Virus record (IMG/VR): IMGVR_UViG_3300045988_172164
Source: a virus
DNA: 49,190 nt
Direction: 5' to 3' (one strand)
The notes beneath the pieces were generated by a model that ran no database searches, was not told where the DNA came from, and saw nothing but the letters and a program-made list of their open reading frames with translations. Below, one piece after another: positions 8,741 to 15,544 of the stretch (its first letter is position 1; each line of letters opens with the position of its first letter). The translations under genes and the position numbers were made by a program.

Positions 8741-9000
8741 TATATAAGGGGGAGCCCCGGTGCCGCACAGCCAGGGGCCTAAATTTTTACAGTTGTTAAC
8801 AAATACGCCTCCGTGCCTCCGTCCTCTCTCGCGCGTTCTATCGCGTTTTGGCTTGGTGGCTGAGTGTTTATATGCCTAACTGGCTCAGAGCGCGATACGG
8901 AATGAATATGGATGCGAGGGCATGGTGCCTGAGTGCTAGGTACCACATTGCTCTCTGCCTGAAACCGGCTATCAGCCAGACAGCCAAACACCAACAAAGT
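8741..9000. ncRNA. GC-rich (~53% by hand count) structured non-coding island; candidate ncRNA, strand unknown
   Basis: No convincing ORF. Nested complementary segments are present: GCCCCGG/CC(A)GGGGC, TCGCGC/GCGCGA enclosing CTGAG/CTCAG, GGCA-TGG-TGCC and GGCT-ATC-AGCC. The flanks are ~28% GC. Confidence 0.3.
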
Positions 9001-9197
9001 TTAACGGACATTTAACATAATATAACATAGCAAAAGTGCCATATCTGAAGAATTTTTATATGGTACTAGCTACCTGCTACCAGCCCATTAAAAAGTGTTA
9101 AAACAACCAAGTAATTAACACAAATTTAACATGATAATTTTCCTATGTAAAAAGTTTAGCAGGTACCAAAAATAACTGAAAATTTTTATCCAAAAAC

Positions 9198-9228
9198 TTT
9201 CAGGTGTCGGAAATTATGTGTATATTTG
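9198..9228 (+). promoter_or_regulatory. early promoter P1 (TTTC-N19-TATATTTG)
   Basis: AAAAACTTTC, 19 nt, then TATATTTG. It is followed by the hairpin TAAGCT-GGAG-AGCTTA at 9240..9255. Confidence 0.6.
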
Positions 9229-9299
9229 CATATCAAAATTAAGCTGGAGAGCTTACTAAAGTTACTAACAAATTTTAACGAAAAAAGTTGCTTAAAAAC

Positions 9300-9330
9300 T
9301 TTCTGGTATCAAAATAAATTAGTACTTTAG
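9300..9330 (+). promoter_or_regulatory. early promoter P2 (TTTC-N19-TACTTTAG)
   Basis: AAAAACTTTC, 19 nt, then TACTTTAG. It is followed by the hairpin GAGCT-ACAG-AGCTC at 9342..9355. Confidence 0.55.
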
Positions 9331-9410
9331 CAATAACAAAAGAGCTACAGAGCTCAAAATGCTGGTTACAAAATTTAACACAATCACATTGAAATTTTAA
9401 CATAAAAAAT

Positions 9411-9441
9411 TTTCGTGGTTCGGAAAAAATGAGTAATTTAG
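9411..9441 (+). promoter_or_regulatory. early promoter P3 (TTTC-N19-TAATTTAG)
   Basis: AAAAATTTTC, 19 nt, then TAATTTAG, located 47 nt upstream of the ATG at 9488. Confidence 0.55.
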
Positions 9442-9487
9442 CAGTAGATAAAGAAACAATAAGTATAATAATTAAATAATAAACAGC

Positions 9488-9844
9488 ATGAAAGTAAACC
9501 GTAATTATCGTTTTGTCCTGACAGTTCTGGACAACGAACAGCTCAACGCAGGAAAAATCCGTATCGAGAACGACGCAGTATCTGGCGAGAGAATGTTTGC
9601 CAGCGAATGCCACTACTATGCCGAGAAAAATATCCTCGAGTGCATTAAGGACGCAGCAAAGCGCGACGACTTGGGCAGCTACTACGCTCACACTTACTGT
9701 ATCTACAAAGAGGACAAACCGAAGAAGGTGGTAACAGAGCACGAAGAAAACGGCAAAAAAATCACCGAGGAACAGCTCATTGACGGAGCCGCAATGTTAG
9801 TCGAGGTGATAACTGTAGACGAAGGCGGTGTGACTATCCGATAA
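9488..9844 (+). CDS. hypothetical early protein
   Basis: 118-aa ORF downstream of the tandem promoters, GC-richer than the genome average. Confidence 0.6.
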   Translation: MKVNRNYRFVLTVLDNEQLNAGKIRIENDAVSGERMFASECHYYAEKNILECIKDAAKRDDLGSYYAHTYCIYKEDKPKKVVTEHEENGKKITEEQLIDGAAMLVEVITVDEGGVTIR

Positions 9845-9857
9845 GGATAGCCGCCCA

Positions 9858-9911
9858 GCCCTCTCGGGAGAACTCCTAACAGGAGGCAGCAGTTCAACTC
9901 TGCTGGAGGGC
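9858..9911 (+). other. Y-shaped RNA structure element between early genes
   Basis: The outer helix GCCCTC (9858..9863) / GAGGGC (9906..9911) encloses two hairpins: CTCCT-AAC-AGGAG (9873..9885) and CAGCAG-TTCAACT-CTGCTG (9887..9905). Confidence 0.45.
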
Positions 9912-9940
9912 ACATAGTGTATAATTAAAACGGTAAACAA

Positions 9941-10324
9941 ATGGTTAAAACGTACTACCGGAATGAATATTCCGACAAACAGTGGAAAGCTTTGATTGAC
10001 GAGGCCGCGGAACTGGGTTGCCAGGTAACTTATGGCCGATATGGCGACCGTGCCGAGATTGACTCGACAGACCGAGAGAATGCCGTGCTCCAGAGCACTG
10101 GCAAGAGTGTTGATGACTGCGCGGCTCGAAGCTTCTGGGCGGAGCATATCCACCAGATGCTGCAGGAGAGCACAGACCTCAGAAGGTGGAAAGTGCAGCC
10201 CAAGAGATACCACAAAGGCTATTGCCCAACTATCTGCAAGAGTCAGAAGTCAGCAGAACATGAGCAGGAGCGCCTCGAGAGAATAACAGGCTTTGAGTGG
10301 ACAATAGTAGTAATACCGGAGTAG
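9941..10324 (+). CDS. hypothetical early protein
   Basis: 127-aa ORF with GC-rich codon usage. The opposite-strand ORFs across it look like shadows. Confidence 0.6.
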   Translation: MVKTYYRNEYSDKQWKALIDEAAELGCQVTYGRYGDRAEIDSTDRENAVLQSTGKSVDDCAARSFWAEHIHQMLQESTDLRRWKVQPKRYHKGYCPTICKSQKSAEHEQERLERITGFEWTIVVIPE

Positions 10325-10325
10325 T

Positions 10326-10967
10326 ATGAACAGCAAAAGAAAATACAAAGATATGGAAATCGAGGCAAAGAAAACGCCAAAATACCACGTCAGACCAATA
10401 GACGGTAAAATATGGGTGACCTTTGAGCGTGGAGTAGTCAGAGAATGTGCCGAGCGATGCGGTGTTAGCTGTGAATTTGCCGAGTGGGGCACGATAGCGC
10501 AGGCTTATAACGGCATCCACTCCAGACAAGGCATCGGCAATTCGTTTTTCTTTGATTCCGAAGTGGATGCAATCAAGTTTGCCGAATTGGTTAGCGAGGG
10601 CAACATAAGCGGGTATTTCGGTTTATATATGGCAAAAATCAAGGACGAGATTGACGCAAAAAAAACAGCGTATTGCCGAATGAGCCGACTATTCACCCGG
10701 CGCCCGAAACGCCGCCAGCGGCACGAATTCAAAATTTACAACATTATGGTAACATTGAAATTTACAGCAGAAAAAGCAAGCAAACAGCTTGTTATCATCC
10801 CTACCGTAGTCGTAGACTACTCAGACAAAGCAAAAAGGGCCACAATCGAACTGTTTTTCGGTTGGCTGAACGGAATGCTTGGCGTGTCTATAAGTTGGAC
10901 CCGCAAAGTCAAGAATAACGCCGCAAATGGTGTTTCAGATGAGGCAAATGTAGCTAACATTTTTTAA
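10326..10967 (+). CDS. hypothetical early protein
   Basis: 213-aa ORF starting 2 nt after the preceding stop. Confidence 0.6.
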   Translation: MNSKRKYKDMEIEAKKTPKYHVRPIDGKIWVTFERGVVRECAERCGVSCEFAEWGTIAQAYNGIHSRQGIGNSFFFDSEVDAIKFAELVSEGNISGYFGLYMAKIKDEIDAKKTAYCRMSRLFTRRPKRRQRHEFKIYNIMVTLKFTAEKASKQLVIIPTVVVDYSDKAKRATIELFFGWLNGMLGVSISWTRKVKNNAANGVSDEANVANIF

Positions 10968-10988
10968 CATAAAAATACTCAAAAACAG

Positions 10989-11019
10989 TGCTCTATATCA
11001 AAAATAAGTAGTATATTTA
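10989..11019 (+). promoter_or_regulatory. early promoter P4 (-7 box TATATTTA)
   Basis: ...AGTATATTTACATATG resembles P1. It is preceded by a TTTTTAACATAAAAA box and lies 55 nt upstream of the ATG at 11074. Confidence 0.5.
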
Positions 11020-11073
11020 CATATGAAACTTAAATAATAAACGTTTTAATAACAATTCAAAATTTACAGTATT

Positions 11074-12225
11074 ATGGCAACAAAAAAATTTGCTCAGATG
11101 GCAACCAAGAAGCTGAACGCCCTTATGGCAACAGCAAGTGATGAAGACAAGAAGGCTATCGAGGCCGTACTTGCAGCTCGTGAACAGGCTCAGACTCCTG
11201 CAGCCGCAGAGGAAGCCCCCGTAGCAGAGGAAACTCCGCTCACTCCCGAAGAAGAAGCAGCTATCGAGGCAGCTGAAGAAAATGGCGGACTTAACCCGCT
11301 CTACAATGGCAGTAAGGCAACTCAGGAGAAAAAGCCGAAGATGACCGACGAAGAGCGTCACACTTTAGCTGAAGAGCTGAAGAAGAACATCAATCATCGC
11401 TGTCAGGCAGTTCCATTCAACACCGCAGAATGGGTTGACGGTTATATTGCCGGAGTGATTGAGGAGAAGCGCAGCAACAAGGTGCTCTACGCAATTAAGA
11501 CTGATGATGGGCGCCGCATCGTTAAGGTGCATGACAGCAATCTCGTTCGTATTTTCGACGAGGTGGTTGAGCCGGAGAAGAAGGTCCGCACTCGCAAGGC
11601 GAAAGACGGTGACGTCGAGAAAGTTGAATGGACGCCGGAAGCAATCGCCACTGCCGTAAATGAGGTTATCGGCAACGTCGGCAAGGCGGTTAAATTCGAG
11701 AAGTACCGCACGACTGACCCGGAGACTGGCGAAGAGAAAATCGAGTACAACGAAGGCCGTATTGTGGCTATCGTGCCCGACAAGCGTGCTCAGCGACTTC
11801 TCTACCGCATTTCAGTTCCTGCTCCGATTGAGGGCAATCCGCTGGCAACCAAAATCATGCACAAGGTTGTTACTGCAGACCTCGAAATTGCTGAGGCATT
11901 TGATGCCGAAGGCGAAGAGCTCAACAAGAAGTATTGCGAGCGCCGTGAGGCCGCAGCTACTCGCACCCCGCTTACTCCTCAAGACCGTTTCGTAAAATGC
12001 GAAGAGGCTTTGAAGAAGGCCGAAGAGAAGTTGCAAAAAGCAACTGAAGAGCTGGAAGCCAAGAAGCAGCAGCTCGAGGATGCTCGCAAGGAGTTGGATG
12101 AATGGCTCGCAGGTCAGGGTGCTAGCCCTGCCGAGGCTCCAGCAAAAGAGACAGCCGAAGCTCCCGCCGAAGCTCCCGCCGAAGCTCCCGCTGAGGCAAC
12201 TGAAGAGACTGACCCACTTGCATAA
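11074..12225 (+). CDS. acidic early protein with low-complexity E/A/P termini and two SH3/Tudor-like internal repeats (inferred)
   Basis: 383 aa. It has an N-terminal duplicated MATKK motif, EEAPVAEETPLTPEEE, and a C-terminal (EAPA)x3. The internal segments GYIAGVIEEKRSNKVLYAIKTDDGRRIVKV and GRIVAIVPDKRAQRLLYRISV look duplicated. Confidence 0.65.
   Translation: MATKKFAQMATKKLNALMATASDEDKKAIEAVLAAREQAQTPAAAEEAPVAEETPLTPEEEAAIEAAEENGGLNPLYNGSKATQEKKPKMTDEERHTLAEELKKNINHRCQAVPFNTAEWVDGYIAGVIEEKRSNKVLYAIKTDDGRRIVKVHDSNLVRIFDEVVEPEKKVRTRKAKDGDVEKVEWTPEAIATAVNEVIGNVGKAVKFEKYRTTDPETGEEKIEYNEGRIVAIVPDKRAQRLLYRISVPAPIEGNPLATKIMHKVVTADLEIAEAFDAEGEELNKKYCERREAAATRTPLTPQDRFVKCEEALKKAEEKLQKATEELEAKKQQLEDARKELDEWLAGQGASPAEAPAKETAEAPAEAPAEAPAEATEETDPLA
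12157..12192 (+). repeat. 12-nt tandem repeat x3 (GAAGCTCCCGCC) encoding EAPA repeats
   Basis: Units are read directly at 12157, 12169 and 12181. The last unit has one substitution. Confidence 0.85.
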
Positions 12226-12252
12226 TCTACCGTTAGTTTCTCCCAACGAAGT

Positions 12253-12286
12253 CGCTCTACCGCTCAATGGTAGAGCGGCTTTTTTG
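12253..12286 (+). terminator. rho-independent terminator after 11074..12225
   Basis: CGCTCTACC-gctcaat-GGTAGAGCG followed by GCTTTTTTG. Confidence 0.8.
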
Positions 12287-12417
12287 TATACTTATGTTTG
12301 ACTACGGCACTGCTTTATGCATAAACAGCTTTAACGTCGTTGTCGTCGTGAATGTTAAAATATGTAAACGTTTAGAAACATACTTCTTTCGCGTTCTAGG
12401 ACACTTTTAGGCTTAAG

Positions 12418-12435
12418 ATGTATATTTATATGGGC
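12418..12435 (+). promoter_or_regulatory. promoter-like 18-mer ATGTATATTTATATGGGC (contains TATATTTA), plus orientation
   Basis: Exact reverse complement of 12625..12642. The core resembles the P4 -7 region. Confidence 0.45.
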
Positions 12436-12624
12436 CAACTCATTTGAACGCGATAGAGGTCAAAAGAAGTGTATCTAGCTATGAATTTTCATTGAGCCTA
12501 AAATATAAGATTTGATATGTGCACAGCATTATGATTTGTGAACTTTACAGCAGCGTGGATAACTGTTAAAATTGAGGTAAAAAGTTGACTTATTCTCGCG
12601 CGTTATAGGACACTTTTATTTTGA

Positions 12625-12642
12625 GCCCATATAAATATACAT
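12625..12642 (-). promoter_or_regulatory. same 18-mer in minus orientation (convergent with 12418..12435)
   Basis: GCCCATATAAATATACAT is the reverse complement of the 12418..12435 element. Confidence 0.45.
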
Positions 12643-12778
12643 TTTCAAAAAAAAATGAGGAGAGAATGAACGAGAGGCATAAAATTTCATATATTTTTAG
12701 GCTATCTTTATATATAAGATTCAAGCCATTGCAGCAATGAACCAGATGAAAAATTTTATGTTAAAAGTGTTAAAACAG

Positions 12779-12809
12779 TGTTCTATGTCAAATTTATTTA
12801 GTACTTTAG
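12779..12809 (+). promoter_or_regulatory. early promoter P5 (-7 box TACTTTAG)
   Basis: GTTAAAAGTGTTAAAACAGTGTT-N19-TACTTTAG has the same architecture as P2. Confidence 0.5.
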
Positions 12810-12842
12810 CCTATAAAAGAATAAAGATAAAACTGTTAAAAA

Positions 12843-13061
12843 GTGTTACATACTAGAGTAGTTGATTGCAGCTTGGCCCTATGGGTTAGGCAGCTTGAGC
12901 TTGAGTGCTCGAACTGCGTTGAGCGTATGCATAACGGCTTATGTGCCGGATGTCCACACCGGAGTCCTGCACTAATAGTAAAATTGGCCGAGAGAATATC
13001 CGCCACAACTGGACAGGAGAATGGCCAAGAGAATAACAGGAGAAACGTTGAACAATTTTAA
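12843..13061 (+). CDS. possible small zinc-knuckle protein (GTG start) or structured leader
   Basis: 72-codon ORF with CSNC-x8-CAGC. It begins ~25 nt downstream of the predicted P5 start site. The region is GC-rich like the other early genes. There is no ATG start, and it overlaps the 13021 ATG. Confidence 0.3.
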   Translation: MLHTRVVDCSLALWVRQLELECSNCVERMHNGLCAGCPHRSPALIVKLAERISATTGQENGQENNRRNVEQF

Positions 13062-13275
13062 TATAAAAAGCAATATGGAAAATATCGAACAAGAGAATAC
13101 CCAAGAGGTACAGCAAGAGAATAACTTGCTTGAAGGAGCTCAGCCTGTTGCTCTTTCAGAAGAAACAACAGAAATGCCACAAGCAGTTCAGCTAGTGCTA
13201 CCCAAAAAAGCTATAGATAATATAGCGGAAATTGAAAGGCGATATCGTGAAACAGTCGAGCGGGAGAATAGATGA
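13021..13275 (+). CDS. hypothetical acidic early protein (alternative start at 13075)
   Basis: 84-aa ORF. The internal Met at 13075 would remove the overlap with 12843..13061. Confidence 0.55.
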   Translation: MAKRITGETLNNFNIKSNMENIEQENTQEVQQENNLLEGAQPVALSEETTEMPQAVQLVLPKKAIDNIAEIERRYRETVERENR

Positions 13276-13748
13276 GCCAATTTAGACTTGATTACAGCCA
13301 AAAGCAAGAGATGCAAATTTCCAATGACGCATTTTTCTATTTGCTTGAGGAGGAAGAGCCGCTTGATGAAGAAAATCTTGAGGAAGCGCAGGAAATACTT
13401 GCAATGTTTCCTCATGGCTTCTATATAGAAGAGAATTGGAAAGCTGTTGAAGACTCAGACCTTATTGAATGCATCTTTGTTCCGTACGTTGAAGATGATA
13501 TGGACTTCGATGAATATCAAGAGCTTACAAAGTATATTCAACAGCAAATAAAATGGCTTGATGCCAATACCATTAGAGTGTGGTGGTATAATCTACAAAC
13601 AGGAGCAAGAGAATTGCGAGGCGATTTTAAGGTTTATACCAACAAATTCGGGCATAGGTGCTTTCATACAGGAAATCAAGACCAGGAATTTGAGGCAGGA
13701 AAAATGAGCCTGTATTTTCTGAAGCATTTTAAGAAGAAAAATAGCTAA
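13272..13748 (+). CDS. hypothetical acidic early protein
   Basis: 158-aa ORF with a 4-nt ATGA overlap with the previous gene. It is very acidic (LLEEEEPLDEENLEEAQE, VEDDMDFDEYQE). Confidence 0.6.
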   Translation: MSQFRLDYSQKQEMQISNDAFFYLLEEEEPLDEENLEEAQEILAMFPHGFYIEENWKAVEDSDLIECIFVPYVEDDMDFDEYQELTKYIQQQIKWLDANTIRVWWYNLQTGARELRGDFKVYTNKFGHRCFHTGNQDQEFEAGKMSLYFLKHFKKKNS

Positions 13749-13762
13749 TAGCCTAACAAGAG

Positions 13763-13805
13763 AAATATAGCGGGAGAATACATTGAGTAATTTCCCGCTA
13801 TATTT
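13763..13805. terminator. bidirectional terminator hairpin between convergent gene sets
   Basis: 13-bp perfect stem AAATATAGCGGGA / TCCCGCTATATTT with a 17-nt loop. There are A/T runs on both sides. Confidence 0.75.
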
Positions 13806-14515
13806 TATTCTTCCCGTATAACGAGAGAATAACCTAAAGCTCGCTTAGTTACAATCGATATTCTCTCATCCATTTTAAGATAATTTCGTAAATGGCATAT
13901 ATTTACATCTAAGCTGCGTTTATTCCAATAATTATTTTCTCCTCGCCATAGTCTTTGCATTATTACACTTGTTTGCAATACTTCACCCTCATACGCACAA
14001 AGCAAAGCAAGCAATTGAGTTTCTTTAGCAGGGAGCTTTATTTCAGTATTATCTATAGCAAGTGTATCATTGAGAACATCAAATCTGTAATTGCCTAATT
14101 GATAAGCATTTTGAATTGTTCTTGTCTTTATGCCACATCTTTTAAGAGCTATATTTATTTTGCGCACGAGTATTTCAAGATTATATGGCCTGATTATATA
14201 GTCATCTGCTCCTTCATCATAAGCTTCAATTATGAATTGGTATTTTGACAAATCAGAAACCATAATAACAGGTGTAGACTTATCTGCTTTGCGTAAAATT
14301 TTCAATAAAGATAAGTTGCCTATACCTACAGATTTATAATGACTTAAAATGCATAAATCGTAACCGCCGTTTTTTATCTTCCGCATTATATCTTCTCTGT
14401 TTGAAGTTATAACATCAAAACCGTAGAATATAAGGTAGTCAACCATTACGCTACAGTCTTCATCTTGATAAACAAGAATTTTTGGTTGTGATATAGCATC
14501 TTTAGAAGTTTTCAT
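13805..14515 (-). CDS. OmpR/PhoB-family response regulator (REC + winged-helix) with degenerate receiver
   Basis: The C-terminal Trans_reg_C signature is present: LPAKETQLLALLCAYEGEVLQTSVIMQRLW...RSLDVNICHLRNYL...IVTKRALGYSL. The N-terminal receiver fold has QDED, but YDLCILS sits where DLVLLD is expected, and RPY sits where KPF is expected. Confidence 0.8.
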   Translation of the reverse strand: MKTSKDAISQPKILVYQDEDCSVMVDYLIFYGFDVITSNREDIMRKIKNGGYDLCILSHYKSVGIGNLSLLKILRKADKSTPVIMVSDLSKYQFIIEAYDEGADDYIIRPYNLEILVRKINIALKRCGIKTRTIQNAYQLGNYRFDVLNDTLAIDNTEIKLPAKETQLLALLCAYEGEVLQTSVIMQRLWRGENNYWNKRSLDVNICHLRNYLKMDERISIVTKRALGYSLVIREE

Positions 14516-15372
14516 AAACCATCAATTTTATTTTTTAAGTCGTTAAACAGTATTTCGAACCAAAATGGATTTAACCTAAGCAGGTCGAAATAAGAATATA
14601 CGCCTTTACGGACTATCATAGAGGCATATTTTAATTCTTTTTCTGCTCTTACCTTATTATGCGTATTATAAGACGCAACAGCCTTATCTATGTTTATAAG
14701 ATAATTTGCATACTTTATTGACTTTTGGAGCTCTGCTTGTTCTGTATTCTGCTTGAAATAGTAAGGTATATCAGGCATTGCCCAGAATGTTTGTCCTTCG
14801 CCATATTCTTCACTTGCTCTATATAAAAAACCAGGACACTCTTTCATCGACTCTGGATATATCATTTTACAAATCCTAATCCTTCTTGGTATTAACGGAT
14901 TGATAAGAGTTGCTAATCTTTTATTTATATAAGTTGCATATTTCTCTACCATCCTAGTATGCTCAGCAGTAAGTAAAGTTATAAGCAACTTAAGATTATC
15001 ATTTCCTATAGGGTCACTAAGCCGTAAATAATCCTGATTAAAAGCCATTCGCTGTATGGTAATTCTATCTTCTTTAAGCTTTCTACGCTTTGTCTCTCGA
15101 GTTCTTTGCGCTTTTTTATAGGCTTCAATAATAGCAGGCTTACTGAAGAAATACTTACCGAATTTTCGCCAAGCATCGTCTCCATAGTAAGCCTCTATCA
15201 TTGCATTTTCTTCTGACTCAGATAATTCAGTATGCTCTTCTTCAAGTTCTATCTTTTCAATAGCTTCGTTTTGAGCTTCCTCAATTTCTTCATCATCGCC
15301 TTTTATTTCGCTGAGAAACTCAAGATATTCCTTATCTGTTAAGTCACCATATCTTTCTTCAATGTTTTCCAT
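14512..15372 (-). CDS. hypothetical protein (acidic N-terminus)
   Basis: 286-aa ORF with a 4-nt overlap with the downstream regulator gene. Confidence 0.6.
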   Translation of the reverse strand: MENIEERYGDLTDKEYLEFLSEIKGDDEEIEEAQNEAIEKIELEEEHTELSESEENAMIEAYYGDDAWRKFGKYFFSKPAIIEAYKKAQRTRETKRRKLKEDRITIQRMAFNQDYLRLSDPIGNDNLKLLITLLTAEHTRMVEKYATYINKRLATLINPLIPRRIRICKMIYPESMKECPGFLYRASEEYGEGQTFWAMPDIPYYFKQNTEQAELQKSIKYANYLINIDKAVASYNTHNKVRAEKELKYASMIVRKGVYSYFDLLRLNPFWFEILFNDLKNKIDGL

Positions 15373-15544
15373 GCCAGGTAAACAAATGCTTAATTATATC
15401 TTTGCCAACTGTCTTTTCAAGCATTCCAAAATAGGAAATTGCTAGCACCAATCTTGCTACTTTATGAAGCAGCCAAGAGGCAATATATACTGGAGCATAT
15501 ATTATTCCAAGGCATATCCATACGAATTTAGCTATCTTTTTCAT
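15359..15544 (-). CDS. small membrane protein
   Basis: 61 aa with two hydrophobic segments (FVWICLGIIYAPVYIASWLL, LVLAISYFGML). Confidence 0.45.
   Translation of the reverse strand: MKKIAKFVWICLGIIYAPVYIASWLLHKVARLVLAISYFGMLEKTVGKDIIKHLFTWHGKH

Larger units (their letters stand above)
12350..12770. repeat. degenerate ~210-bp tandem duplication (two units, third begins ~12759), each starting with a TGTTAAAA box
   Basis: Matching landmarks are offset by 209-210 bp: (A/C)TGTTAAAAT at 12352/12562, CGCGTT(C/A)TAGGACACTTTTA at 12390/12599, and ATAAGATT at ~12506/12716. Confidence 0.6.

Noticed and set aside
8779-8997. 72-aa minus-strand ORF (and a 72-codon plus-strand frame at 8800..9015) inside the GC-rich island
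   Set aside because: Both frames use non-ATG starts and have no promoter-like box in front. They give low-complexity Arg/Ser/Pro/Trp-rich products. Open frames on both strands are expected in a GC-rich patch of an AT-rich genome. I treat the region as non-coding and possibly structured RNA.
9001-9487. Possible CRISPR-like array (regular ~105-110 bp periodic repeats; likewise 12350..12770)
   Set aside because: The repeated parts are promoter-like (TTTC-N19-TAnnTTWG) and imperfect. The unit length and repeat-to-spacer proportions do not fit CRISPR, and there are no cas genes.
9797-10529. Minus-strand ORFs 9797..10213, 10030..10215, 10230..10529 and 10250..10492 across the early genes
   Set aside because: These are shadow frames in the GC-rich early module. 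There is no promoter context, and they lie opposite plus-strand ORFs that follow the promoter array.
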